Part shown: positions 52,157 through 62,432 of the stretch, one piece after another
Layout: each line of letters begins with the position of its first letter
Numbering within the stretch: the first letter of the stretch is position 1
NCBI GenBank assembly: GCA_000002445.1
Contig: CP000066.1
Span: 672,001 to 736,000 of the forward strand
Source: Trypanosoma brucei
Taxonomy: Eukaryota
Length of the DNA: 64,000 bases
Reading direction: 5' to 3'
Translations under genes and position numbers: made by a program
The notes under the pieces: generated by a model
Databases searched by the model: none
What the model was told of the DNA's origin: nothing
The model's input: the letters and a program-made list of their open reading frames with translations, nothing else

Positions 52157-54166
52157 CTATGAAAAGCAAACGACGTTCAGCAGGATGACAAAAAGCATGT
52201 AAGAAACACCACCACTGTCCTCCTGTACTTGCCTACGTGGCTCCGGCGAGGATAATGGCTCGTATGCGGACAGAGCCATGTAGCGCAGGCCATCCCACGA
52301 ACCCTCCTGCCTTGAGTGAGTAGGCGTCATTGCATCCAGACGAGTAAACCCAATCTTCTTTAACACCTTGTAGGCCATTCGATCCCAATCCATGGACCGA
52401 TTCTGTGTCGCTCCCGTTACCGTGTAGTGTACAGTCGGTGGAGACAACCATATGGCCCACTCTACACACGGGAAGGCACATTTCGTTGAGCGGGAATCCT
52501 CCATCGCCTTGCTTCGGTAATTCTGATCCCACATATATTGTTGCCAATCGGTTTCTCCGGGGGCCGCAACTGTCGGCTCCGCGCCGAACGGGGGCCACCT
52601 CGTGTAGGGGCCGCGCAACAGTGTTACCTTCTGCTGCCTCCATTCCTCAGCGAATGCTCGCATCACCTCCACCCAATCTTTCGTCTCCCAAGCCTCGAGC
52701 AGATCCTCCATGCCCAGGTTCGTGACAAACACATTCACCGGTTCCTGAATGTTGTCAAGGAGTTCGACTAGCGCCTTCCTAGGCGAACTCGCACGACGCT
52801 CAGTAAGGTTATAGTTTATTTTTCTATATAAACAATGTATGACAGAATTGCCCACTTTTTTCTCCAGTGACTGGCAGTTTTTGTAATATTCGTTCACAAT
52901 GGCACCGCCCGCAAACAACACTACGGTCGGTTTCCCGCTAAACATCGACATCCGCCTGCAAATCATAGGGAAAGGATCCCTCCCCTCACCCGAAACAATG
53001 CGCAACCGGCAGGTAGTTGGAACCCAAACAAGATGACTGTTTAATCCCCTAGGGTCCGTAAGCATGCTAGGATCACCATAGCAATAGCGATCACCCTTCG
53101 TGCACTGAGCTGCAAGCGGGTGCGGGGACCCCAGTGGTGTACTGGAATCCGCCCCATCAAGGAAACGCACCCACTGACCACCTTCAGAGGTGTTGTAATT
53201 CGTAGATGCATTGCAGAGAGGCGGAAGAGCAGCCGTTGCCGGTCGGGGCGCAGGCACTACCCGAATGCGTAATGGACTTCCGTATACATGCCGCTGCACG
53301 TCACAGATGCTATTATACGTAAACACACTACGGGTTGTGTCATTTCCCCACCCGCTAACGACACCAAGTGTACGAGACCCCCAAGGCACACCTGTGTTAC
53401 TGTTGAGGTGTACCATCTTCACCTCCAAAGTATAATTGCCCGGGTCGGGGACTCGGAAACGGACAATCCGCGATACAAAGCTACCCGCCTTGCTCGCGTC
53501 CAATCGGGGAGTGGGCCGTATTACCTGGGCAGCAAGCACGCGGTTCTCGTTAAAAAGACGTGCAATGAATTCAACGTCATCAATGCAGGCTTTATTTTCT
53601 TTCGACTCCAGACATGTACCACATTGTTCCACTTCAACACTTTGACTCCATCCGCCTGCAGTTACCTCCAGTATGTCACTTGCTAATGGTAGCGAGGCAC
53701 GCAACACGAAGAGATATTTGTGTTCCTCGTTGAACCAATGGGAAAGCATATAACGCCCACATGCCGGATGAGGGTCCCGAAACATTTCATGGTACGTGAT
53801 CTGAGTGTGGAAAAAGTGATGAGGGCTCTGGCTATTCACTTCGTCGTATTCAAAAACGTGCCGGTTGTACAGCTGAGAGCATGTCATTTGCCGATAATCA
53901 TCGGGTGGCTTAACCATCCAGAAGCTTGCAGGAACCTTCGTTACGTTGTACGAGAACGGCCTAATAGACAAGGTTGGCGGAAGATGAGTTGTATATTCCA
54001 AACCCTTGTCCCTTCTCCTACTCACAGAAGGTTGCGGTTCTCCTTCAAGTGGATCTGGAGGAAGACTACGGTACGTTACCAACGTGATGAAGAAGGTTGA
54101 TAGTAACAAAACCACCAACAGTGCTGTGGCATTTATCCTAAACCCCAATAACCTGCCAATCATCAC
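52157..54166 (-). CDS. Type II (signal-anchor) membrane protein, 669 aa, with a large lumenal domain and many N-glycosylation sequons. Possible Golgi glycosyltransferase or hydrolase.
   Basis: ATG ATG is confirmed at 54161-54166. The N-terminus MMIGRLLGFRINATALLVVLLLSTFFITLVTY is a short cytosolic tail plus one transmembrane helix. There are multiple NxS/T sites. The catalytic family is not identifiable by eye. Confidence 0.6.
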   Translation of the reverse strand: MMIGRLLGFRINATALLVVLLLSTFFITLVTYRSLPPDPLEGEPQPSVSRRRDKGLEYTTHLPPTLSIRPFSYNVTKVPASFWMVKPPDDYRQMTCSQLYNRHVFEYDEVNSQSPHHFFHTQITYHEMFRDPHPACGRYMLSHWFNEEHKYLFVLRASLPLASDILEVTAGGWSQSVEVEQCGTCLESKENKACIDDVEFIARLFNENRVLAAQVIRPTPRLDASKAGSFVSRIVRFRVPDPGNYTLEVKMVHLNSNTGVPWGSRTLGVVSGWGNDTTRSVFTYNSICDVQRHVYGSPLRIRVVPAPRPATAALPPLCNASTNYNTSEGGQWVRFLDGADSSTPLGSPHPLAAQCTKGDRYCYGDPSMLTDPRGLNSHLVWVPTTCRLRIVSGEGRDPFPMICRRMSMFSGKPTVVLFAGGAIVNEYYKNCQSLEKKVGNSVIHCLYRKINYNLTERRASSPRKALVELLDNIQEPVNVFVTNLGMEDLLEAWETKDWVEVMRAFAEEWRQQKVTLLRGPYTRWPPFGAEPTVAAPGETDWQQYMWDQNYRSKAMEDSRSTKCAFPCVEWAIWLSPPTVHYTVTGATQNRSMDWDRMAYKVLKKIGFTRLDAMTPTHSRQEGSWDGLRYMALSAYEPLSSPEPRRQVQEDSGGVSYMLFVILLNVVCFS

Positions 54167-54235
54167 CTCTTTGGTACCAAAATCAACCTTCCTCCACTAG
54201 AGGGAGGCTTCAACGAAGTATTCAAGGAGTCGACG

Positions 54236-54290
54236 CCAAAAAAAAAAAAAAAAGAAGAGGAAAACAGAGGAAAGGGGGGTTGAAAGTTAC
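54236..54290 (-). promoter_or_regulatory. Polypyrimidine tract upstream of the type II membrane protein gene.
   Basis: The plus strand reads gacgccaaaaaaaaaaaaaaagaagaggaaaacagaggaaaggggggttg, which is pyrimidine-rich on the minus strand. It lies 70-125 nt upstream of the ATG at 54166. Confidence 0.5.
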
Positions 54291-54538
54291 CCTTGAAGGT
54301 GGACGCACAACACAAATACACATACAGCAAAGCAGTGGCAAAAACAATAATAAAGTACAATGGTGGTGCATCGCACGACCTTAATGTTTCGAGGGGGGAC
54401 AAGGTTGGTACAACAGGACCCACTCAGATGTACAAATACCTGCTGCGTCGATTAAACGGTTACGAATACAAGGAAAAAAAATACAAGAAAATGACTGAAC
54501 CTAAAAATCCCCCCCTTCCGTTCTGTGAAGAATCGATC

Positions 54539-57500
54539 CTACGCAGCCAATTTGCCCTCGACGAGAAGGGCGTAGAGTTGCTGGTGTGCCTGCGCACCTG
54601 CAGCTTGAACAACGTCAGTGGCGGTTTGAAGCAGTAGACGGCGTCGCATAAGTGCACTTCGCCTCTCGTACAGGAGTTCTAAAAGCACCGGAACGACTGG
54701 ATGTGTTGGAAGGCCCAACTTCACAAGATGGCTGGCAAGCTCAACAATGAGAAGCAGATCCGCTTTCCAACTGCTAGTGGCCGTTTTCTCGGCACCCTCC
54801 CCCGCACTTTCGGATGTGATAACAGCGTATAAGATGTCAGCGCACTTCTCTACAAGCGTGACGTCATGCGATGGGTGGGTTCGAATACTGGATGAAAGGA
54901 AAACGTGGATATCCACGGGCGTGAGTGTTGACACGTCACTAGAGATTCCACCCAGTTCCCTCAGGGCAGATGCGGCGCTGGTTAATAGCAACGTCGTCGC
55001 TTTCGTGGCTGGCTCCGTATGCACTAAGGAAAAGAACTTCAGCAGCGATATGTACTGCAGCAGCTTGAAGAACACACCCGGTTGCTTCGCTAGCTCCACA
55101 GTACGCGAAGTCATCATAGAGATGACCCCATCTTCCAAGTCAACGTGGGCTACAGTAAAAGCCTCAGCTAGGGTTACGAGATCACTGATGCTGCAGTCGT
55201 CCACAATTTCCTTGAACCGCTTCCCCACCGCATCAAACAATGTCTTGGAGCGCACGCCGCACTGAACGAAGAGTCGTGTCAGCTCAGCAAATGCCTGGGG
55301 AGGGGCTTGGGGAAACAAAACCGAAGCGGCATGATCCGTCATGCAACGAAGAATATTATACTCGGTCGAGTTTTTCCTTGCGATGAGCTGCAGAACGGCC
55401 ATCATGGTTGACATGGAAAGCGCCGTGTGATGCTCGGCCATGTTCTGCAGAACCAAATGACACGTCGGGTCATTTGGAAATGCCTCTGTGAGACACTGCA
55501 AAACAAGCACGGCGTTGCCTGCCACGAGTGAAAGTGAAGCAGGGTCGCTCTGAAGAAGGTGACGGACCAATCCTAAAAACACCGGTTGAGCAGCCGTAAG
55601 GCACGCAGTTTGAACGCTCTTGTCCCATGCAGCGTTCACGCCACACATCACCAAACGGACGGCGAGCGGCAGGGAAAACTTCAGTTTCACATCAGCCACT
55701 CGGGCGAGTAGCACGCCAAAAAGATACTGATGAGTTATTTGCGCAGTTGCATAGCTCTCAATACAATCCACCACCTCCTCTGCGCTAAACAACTGCCGTG
55801 TTTGGATGGTGCGAAGGATATACGCCTTCATTACGCGATCACGTAACTCCCCGTAGACATCCTTATCCAACTGCGAAAAGCCCTTTAAGACAAGCGGTAC
55901 ATCCGACGATGGGCACTGCTGACGCGCCCGCAGAACCGAACCTGCCAAAGAGGAAGGAAGGTCAACCAAAAAGGCAAGATCCTCCGCTGGGAGGGAACCC
56001 CCAAGTCGCTGCAGCTTCGTTGCGATGCGAACCACAATCCCAGCTTCACCAGGCGTCAGTATGTGACCAGAGTTAGTAACACGCCGTAATATCGCTGCGT
56101 AGGAGAACTGACCACCGTCGTCAAGTTCACACAAAGTCTGCAGCGCTGACGTGGTCTCCTGAAGGGAAAAAGAAGAACTTAATGAAGCCGCTTCCTCCGC
56201 GAGAAGGTTACGCAGCGACCGTACAGTTTCGGTGTCGGTGGGTACATGATAGTTCACAAAACTTCTCAACACTGCCGACACATCACCGGCAAGCAGCAGA
56301 GGACTAACAGCCATCACCATCTCGAGATACAATCCCGTGAGGTTCTCCTTCCGTAGCTGGCATACAGCCGCAGCGGAGGTGAGTAATCGGGCCGCTATCT
56401 TGCTAAGGTGGCGACGCCTCGCCCCATCCTCTGTCTCTGTTGCACATCGCTCCTCCATTACTGCCACTCTCACTGCCGTGGCCAACTGCGACAGCAGCTG
56501 GGGCGAAAGATGGTGAATTGTGTGGGGTGTGCACATAACCACCGTCATCTCGCTAAGCGCCTGAAGCCTAAGCGCATCTTTGGAACGTTCTTCTTCACTA
56601 TTCTGCTGCTGCAGGAACCGCGTGAGCGCAGGGTCCAAAACATCGGTACGAAAGGCCTGAAGCTCTGCTGGCTCCGACTCGATCGTGAACTCGGAGACAA
56701 GGCGGAACAGAAGGTTTACGAGGGAAAGCACGTGAGAAGGGTTTTGTGTCATGACAGCATTGCTACCCCCTCGTCGGATGGCTGCCGCGACCGGCTTCAA
56801 GTGAGCTGCGACAACATCATTAACAACAATACTGCAGTACCGCTGCCATGAGGATCCTGGTAAACGTACTCGGGCGAGGTCACGCTGCTTGGCGCCTACG
56901 TGTGTAACGAGTTCATCCATCCTATTCACCGTCTCGAATAGCGAGGGGCCGTCACCTTCAGCGCCACCGCTACAAAGCAACGATTTAACAACAGTAGAAT
57001 GGAGGCCAACAAGCTGCTTGGCCACAGTTGCATCCATCCCACAGGACGCCGCGTACACAGTAAAGTTATGAACGCCCTGAAGGAGCTTCTTAGCTGCCTC
57101 ACACTCCGCAGTACCCATTGCACTAGACCTTTTAGCCCAGCTTAGCTGCCGGAGCGCACATTCCACAACACGCGGAACAAATAATGCCGTAACCTCCGAA
57201 AGTGAGCTTTCGACATCCGGTAAGGTGGCATTCGATGACTCCCGCTGTGTGAGAGGTTGGTAGCAACCAGCAAGCTGATACCGTTCTACGAACATGTCAA
57301 TCAGTACCGTTAAACCGTCCGAGAGGTAGTAATAAGAGCCTTCCCGCTCCAATAGTGCCAGCATTGATACAAGGTGGGCACTCAGCTTCTTTTCCTCTCC
57401 TCGCACAAGCAGTTCCACAGAAGTAGAGAAAGCCAAGTGCAGAACTGTTTCTAGCGGAACAGAGTTAGCCTTTGTAACATTCGCAGCAGCACCGCCGCGC

Positions 57501-59566
57501 TGTCTTTGCCGCTTGGAAGTGTTCGGTGCCTCGCCGTCACCATTTCGCCCCCGCTCAAGAAGATCTCGAATGGCCTTTGGCTCCTCAAGGGTTTCCAGCG
57601 GTGTCATCCCCGCCCTTGTGTCAGCCCGAATGCGAGCCTCGATTAATGAAGCACACTCAGATGTTAACATGGTAGATATCCTCGCGGGCAGTGGATCAAG
57701 AGCAAACGAACGCGAAAATAAGGAGGCAGCGTAAAGTACTTCAAGCACCTCCACGGCGCTGTGCCCCACGCATAAGCCGCTACTCAAGACGGCCTCGGGA
57801 CAATATCCAGCGGCAAAGAGCCCAAAGGCCACCTTCGCCCGCCGGGACCGTGGCTCTGCGTGATGTATAAGGGCGGGCCCCGAGGGATTGTCTCCAGAAA
57901 AAACTCCCGATGAATCACATGCGCCATTTCTAGTAAATTCCCTCCTCTCCTTAGTTAGTTTACACGAAAGCTTCTTCACCGCGGATTCGTCTGCTCGTTC
58001 GCAAAAGAGTGCGGCAGCTGTAACGACGGCCGCCCGAGTGGAATCGCAGAGGTCCTGCGATGGCAATGATTGAACCACACGGGCAACATCGCTCTTGCAG
58101 AGAACATCAATGAACATCAGGGGTCGTGTACCCACACCTAAACAGAGGTGCTGAAAGCTGTCTGTCATATCATGTTTCAGTCGATCACGCACAGGTGGCG
58201 GCAACGCTGCACTTGCCCCATTCAAGACAAATAAACCATTCAATAGATCGAAAGCGAGCATGTGTATGTCTCCAACGCTTATGCGTTGTAACTTTTCTGT
58301 CACGGCACTGTTAACACGTTTGATCGCAGCAGACTGTATTTGAGACGTGCAATCCTCCCACGATTTTTTCGTACGCGCCGAAATATGGTCATGATCATTT
58401 GCAATAGAGATGGCAAGAAAAAGAACCGCCAAGTCCACCACAACATCGCTAAGGGAATGTGGTTCATCGATACGGTTGGCCTCCACCACACCACTGGCAG
58501 CAGGAACAACGAGCTCATCAACCAGGCGCAGTGTAACGTCCCCAATCCATTTGCTATTCTCACCATCAGCATTTTTTTTCGCGGCAACTTTCCTCTTCTT
58601 TTCGACCCCACCAGTGGGAGGAGCCTTGGTGGACGGTTTGGCCTCCAGCTGATTTTGCCGCAACTCCAAGGACACCCAAAGTACCGCCTTCTTAATTGCA
58701 GCTGCAGCATCACGCTGTTGCTCTCTCGCTCTCGCCCCCGTAACCTCACCCTGCCACGTAATTACACAGTCAAGCAATTTCTCCATAATTTCCTGGTACA
58801 CGACAGTATTACAAAATGTACTCGTCCTATATACGCGCAAAAAGGCCATAAGTGCTTGTAACTGCTCCACGTTCCTTGCAGTTTCGGCAGCACCGTGAAC
58901 AATGACTCCCTCACGGGTGAGACATTTCTCTTCACATGCCCTCAATATGAGGTGAAGGGACGGGTACCTCTCCCGATATTTCACCGCACGGGCAATGCAA
59001 GCTCCGATTGTGGCTATTTTAATTGTACCTGGACCTTTAACACCTGTAGAGCCACGTGCGGGAGGGGTCACCACTTTACTCTCCACCTGCTGAGCCTCGC
59101 ACCCCTTCTCCGAATCCTCGAGTGAAGCATCAGCGCAGACCGCATTCCATTCCTCCACCACGAGGCGTGTGTCAATCTTCACCTTTTGTATTCGCACTTC
59201 ACTCGATGCGTCAGAACTACCAGCAGCCCCAACTTGTGACTCTTCCTTCGCCTTCCCACCCGATGAATTCCTCGGGCGACGTGATGAGACCCGCTTGTTA
59301 ACTGCAGGCACCGCCGTCGCAACCCCACTGGAAAGCTCCCCCGCCCTGTCAGCGAGCTCATCAACTATGGAAATGGTTTTCTCCTTTATCCCTTCTTCCA
59401 CCACCACTGGTTCATCTGATGGAGGCTGGCCAGTAGATTTGGGCTTGCGTCTTGGAGCGAATAGACGTACGGAGGTGCTAAAGAATCTGGCATTACTGTA
59501 AGGAAAACTTAGCCCACTTGTAAACTTGAAAAACACACGCGAACGACTACAAACACGCAATAGCAT
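54539..59566 (-). CDS. Large protein of about 1675 aa with a predicted mitochondrial presequence and a mostly alpha-helical body.
   Basis: The track ORF extends to 59767 through a translated polypyrimidine tract (FSFFSYFLVSLSFCLHLFLLFLL) and an (AC)n repeat (GVCVCV). The ATG is at 59566: MLLRVCSRSRVFFKFTSGLSFPYSNARFFSTSVRLFAPRRKPKS. This N-terminus is Arg/Ser-rich with no acidic residues, typical of a mitochondrial targeting sequence. The rest is Leu/Ala-rich and helical. Confidence 0.65.
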   Translation of the reverse strand: MLLRVCSRSRVFFKFTSGLSFPYSNARFFSTSVRLFAPRRKPKSTGQPPSDEPVVVEEGIKEKTISIVDELADRAGELSSGVATAVPAVNKRVSSRRPRNSSGGKAKEESQVGAAGSSDASSEVRIQKVKIDTRLVVEEWNAVCADASLEDSEKGCEAQQVESKVVTPPARGSTGVKGPGTIKIATIGACIARAVKYRERYPSLHLILRACEEKCLTREGVIVHGAAETARNVEQLQALMAFLRVYRTSTFCNTVVYQEIMEKLLDCVITWQGEVTGARAREQQRDAAAAIKKAVLWVSLELRQNQLEAKPSTKAPPTGGVEKKRKVAAKKNADGENSKWIGDVTLRLVDELVVPAASGVVEANRIDEPHSLSDVVVDLAVLFLAISIANDHDHISARTKKSWEDCTSQIQSAAIKRVNSAVTEKLQRISVGDIHMLAFDLLNGLFVLNGASAALPPPVRDRLKHDMTDSFQHLCLGVGTRPLMFIDVLCKSDVARVVQSLPSQDLCDSTRAAVVTAAALFCERADESAVKKLSCKLTKERREFTRNGACDSSGVFSGDNPSGPALIHHAEPRSRRAKVAFGLFAAGYCPEAVLSSGLCVGHSAVEVLEVLYAASLFSRSFALDPLPARISTMLTSECASLIEARIRADTRAGMTPLETLEEPKAIRDLLERGRNGDGEAPNTSKRQRQRGGAAANVTKANSVPLETVLHLAFSTSVELLVRGEEKKLSAHLVSMLALLEREGSYYYLSDGLTVLIDMFVERYQLAGCYQPLTQRESSNATLPDVESSLSEVTALFVPRVVECALRQLSWAKRSSAMGTAECEAAKKLLQGVHNFTVYAASCGMDATVAKQLVGLHSTVVKSLLCSGGAEGDGPSLFETVNRMDELVTHVGAKQRDLARVRLPGSSWQRYCSIVVNDVVAAHLKPVAAAIRRGGSNAVMTQNPSHVLSLVNLLFRLVSEFTIESEPAELQAFRTDVLDPALTRFLQQQNSEEERSKDALRLQALSEMTVVMCTPHTIHHLSPQLLSQLATAVRVAVMEERCATETEDGARRRHLSKIAARLLTSAAAVCQLRKENLTGLYLEMVMAVSPLLLAGDVSAVLRSFVNYHVPTDTETVRSLRNLLAEEAASLSSSFSLQETTSALQTLCELDDGGQFSYAAILRRVTNSGHILTPGEAGIVVRIATKLQRLGGSLPAEDLAFLVDLPSSLAGSVLRARQQCPSSDVPLVLKGFSQLDKDVYGELRDRVMKAYILRTIQTRQLFSAEEVVDCIESYATAQITHQYLFGVLLARVADVKLKFSLPLAVRLVMCGVNAAWDKSVQTACLTAAQPVFLGLVRHLLQSDPASLSLVAGNAVLVLQCLTEAFPNDPTCHLVLQNMAEHHTALSMSTMMAVLQLIARKNSTEYNILRCMTDHAASVLFPQAPPQAFAELTRLFVQCGVRSKTLFDAVGKRFKEIVDDCSISDLVTLAEAFTVAHVDLEDGVISMMTSRTVELAKQPGVFFKLLQYISLLKFFSLVHTEPATKATTLLLTSAASALRELGGISSDVSTLTPVDIHVFLSSSIRTHPSHDVTLVEKCADILYAVITSESAGEGAEKTATSSWKADLLLIVELASHLVKLGLPTHPVVPVLLELLYERRSALMRRRLLLQTATDVVQAAGAQAHQQLYALLVEGKLAA

Positions 59567-59630
59567 GACTTCCACAAGTGTGCCGCGTGTCTGTGAGGGT
59601 GATTCCCCTTTTCCTTTTGTTTCAGTTCTT

Positions 59631-59646
59631 ACACACACACACACAC
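59631..59646. repeat. (AC)8 microsatellite in the 5' leader region of the 54539-59566 gene.
   Basis: acacacacacacacac. The ORF track translates it as GVCVCV. Confidence 0.85.
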
Positions 59647-59696
59647 CGCCCCTCTTCTCCTGTTTCGGTACTGGTAATAAATTTATGTGCACACGC

Positions 59697-59765
59697 AGGA
59701 GGAAAAGGAGGAACAAATGCAAGCAAAAAGAAAGAGAAACAAGAAAGTAGGAGAAAAAACTGAAC
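59697..59765 (-). promoter_or_regulatory. Polypyrimidine tract, a putative trans-splicing/polyadenylation signal, upstream of the mitochondrial-protein gene.
   Basis: The plus strand reads ggaaaaggaggaacaaatgcaagcaaaaagaaagagaaacaagaaagtaggagaaaaaactgaac, i.e. a CT-rich tract on the minus strand. It lies 130-200 nt upstream of the ATG at 59566, with AG dinucleotides between. Confidence 0.5.
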
Positions 59766-60031
59766 AATCACCACCTAAATGGTGCCCCTGCCAAAAAAAA
59801 AAAAAAAGAAACACTCGCTGAACGAATCATGAGTGAATTCATTTAACAAAAATCGACGCATTGCCGTACAGCACATTGAGCATTGCGGCGAACGGCATCA
59901 CCGGGCCTCCAACACTCAAAAAGGAAGGAAAATAAAAAGAGGAATGAAAGAAAACACCAACAAGGAGGCCAACAACAAAAACAACAAACTTCAACTTAGA
60001 GGACAACCATTCACAGTGCTGTGGATACTCG

Positions 60032-61735
60032 TTAGCTCCCCAGCCGACCATGCCGCAACACCGACCTTACATCCGGAACGACCAACAGGGCCTCGAGCAA
60101 TGGCATCAGGGCAAGCAATACACCATCTCGCGTATCACCATTAGCGGCATCAGGCGAAGTAGGCGGTGCAAAGGGTGGAATAAGCAGTGCATTGTCACGG
60201 TTTGCCGAGACGCACTCCTCCGAGTTATCAATCATTATCATTAGCTCAGGAGGCACCTTAAGAATACGAATATCCTTAACAAGTATCATATCTCCTAGGC
60301 AACACGGTTTGCCGCTGGAAGCACCAACTGCCTGCCCGCCTCTTTCGGGTGTACTGGCATAAAACGAAGATCTCAGAGGAGCTGCAGGGCGAGCATCCGT
60401 AATCGTTGCGGAGCTGGACGAGGGAGTGCGGCAGTCTGAGCTGTTTCCAGGATTAGATTCCCTTGGAGTGAATATTTCAGACGCATCAGTTTGAGTTACC
60501 AACTGGTTTACAGCAAAGCGCCTCACCTGCCGACAGTGCTGTCGGTAATAACGACGCCCAATGCGGTGATCTGGGTCCAGACGGCGCAAGATTGAGTCCG
60601 CGTAGGGTTTTGTAGAGGACGTGAAGAGAACGAGGTTGAACAGCTTCGCTACCGTCTGAATAAATAAACGGACGTACGGTCTCTCCCATACGTGAAAGAG
60701 CTCGGCTCCAGAGGCCGTTGGAATCACCTCGGAAAAAGATGGTGGTTGACAGGAGGCGTTTACATTCGTTGACACGAAACACAGCGTCTCGTCCAGGTCA
60801 ACAATAAGAACCTTCTGCCGCGTTGCTTGATAGGACAACACGTGATGCGCGGTGATTGAGGCGATAGGTTGGGGTTGTGTCCTTGGCTCAACCTTGCGGT
60901 TAAAGTCCACCCGCTTGCTGCTCTCACGCCTGTAAACAACCGATGTCACACCGGGAATAATTCTACTAGAAACAGTAATGCCAGTGGGAGCTACACCACC
61001 AGAAAGCACGCGAATGTTCCTAGCCCTGGCTCCCAGTGTACCCTGCTGAGGGCTTGCAGAACTGCTGTACTCATCAGTGGTTAAGGTAATATCATCATCC
61101 CTCAGACCATGCCGAAAAGCTGAGCGGCTGCTGGCGTGCGGTGGCCACTGCGGTGCCGTGTGCCTCCCCGGAAGTCCCGATATGGTCGGCGGCTGGATGG
61201 GTCCCACGACGTTGCATACCAGATGGTACAAACTCTCAGAGTAGCAAAGGTGATAACACGGTGATACAAGTTTTCTGGTACGTGGATTTTGCAAAAGTAA
61301 TGTTACATCGCCCCTAAAGTGCCCCCGTACGAGGCGTGGTACCCAGCAGTCAGAGCCTATGTTGCTTTCACTGCAGTTTTCGCTGACTGACCCATCTGAC
61401 CGCTTCTCCCCATCATCTCTTCCACTAGCCGCCTCTGACTCATCGGTAACATCAAATGATATGTTGTATGCCTCTGAAGCCGAAAGTCCACTGGATGATG
61501 CACGCATTCCTTCACTGTTTCCGCTACGGCGATGGCGCACAAACATTGCCTTCCTCCTCCTGAGGGCCGTTAGACCTGGGGGATAACTTAAATGGCTTCT
61601 TCCAGTGAAGAAGCAAAACACAACATAAAGTGACTTGCCAATGTGCCGCCACGACTCCACACCATCCACTATGATCTGAATGAAAAAAATTATAAGCGGA
61701 GTAATGATGCTTAACAAACCCCGAACATTTAACAT
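60032..61735 (-). CDS. NIF/FCP1-like (CTD small phosphatase family, HAD DxDxT) phosphatase with an N-terminal transmembrane helix, 567 aa.
   Basis: ATG confirmed at 61735. N-terminal hydrophobic helix LLSIITPLIIFFIQIIV. The catalytic motif KVLIVDLDETLCF (DNA about 60785-60799) matches the FCP/SCP/Dullard family (DLDETL). A roughly 300-aa Ser/Pro-rich region lies between the helix and the catalytic domain. Confidence 0.75.
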   Translation of the reverse strand: MLNVRGLLSIITPLIIFFIQIIVDGVESWRHIGKSLYVVFCFFTGRSHLSYPPGLTALRRRKAMFVRHRRSGNSEGMRASSSGLSASEAYNISFDVTDESEAASGRDDGEKRSDGSVSENCSESNIGSDCWVPRLVRGHFRGDVTLLLQNPRTRKLVSPCYHLCYSESLYHLVCNVVGPIQPPTISGLPGRHTAPQWPPHASSRSAFRHGLRDDDITLTTDEYSSSASPQQGTLGARARNIRVLSGGVAPTGITVSSRIIPGVTSVVYRRESSKRVDFNRKVEPRTQPQPIASITAHHVLSYQATRQKVLIVDLDETLCFVSTNVNASCQPPSFSEVIPTASGAELFHVWERPYVRLFIQTVAKLFNLVLFTSSTKPYADSILRRLDPDHRIGRRYYRQHCRQVRRFAVNQLVTQTDASEIFTPRESNPGNSSDCRTPSSSSATITDARPAAPLRSSFYASTPERGGQAVGASSGKPCCLGDMILVKDIRILKVPPELMIMIDNSEECVSANRDNALLIPPFAPPTSPDAANGDTRDGVLLALMPLLEALLVVPDVRSVLRHGRLGS

Positions 61736-62432
61736 CAGCCGCGCGGGTGCAGACTAGGTGTAACCGGAGGCGAACCTATACGCTTTTGTCCCTAATATTT
61801 CCGTTTTTTTTCTTTTTGTTCCTGCTGTGCACTCGTTCGTGCCTGTAAGGTAGCACCAATTTGTCCGAGCGGGCTTATGAAAAAATAACAATAATAATAA
61901 TAATGCAAATTGCGCACGAAACACAAACGTACAATAGTTTTTTAAAAAAAAAAAAGAAAAAGTATTCAGTATTCAAACATGGCCGGGAGAGTACAGTAAA
62001 GACGTTAGTGTGCGTATATCTTTTGTGACGGCAGCACTCATGGGGGACATGGCGGCCCACAAGGTGATGAGCGCAAACGCAGGCAGCAAGAGGGGAACAG
62101 TAAAGAAGTGGAAGCAAATACACTGTTACTCGATTGTTAATACAAGTCTTTATACGTGAAACACCATTTATTATTTTTTTAAACTCATCTTCTCTCCACT
62201 TTTTTTTTTACGGCAACACCCGCCACCGCAGCGGGTCCGTCCCACTTCCCTTTAGCATACGAAAGAAGTGTGAAGAGGAGCGAAGTGGTACATTTTACGC
62301 AAAAAAAAAAAAACACCTTTACTTCCGTCGTGTGAATCCTTCATTCTCCTCCAAAAACTGAGTAGCCTACGCTTTGCTTTGCTTTGCTGAAGGTGTACAG
62401 GCCAACCGTTTATATCACTACTGACCTGCTTA

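Noticed and set aside
54870-54895. tRNA T-loop-like string gggttcgaatact.
   Set aside because: No acceptor stem or anticodon arm can be drawn around it. It lies antisense inside a long CDS. No other tRNA, rRNA or tandem snoRNA cluster signatures were seen in the intergenic regions.
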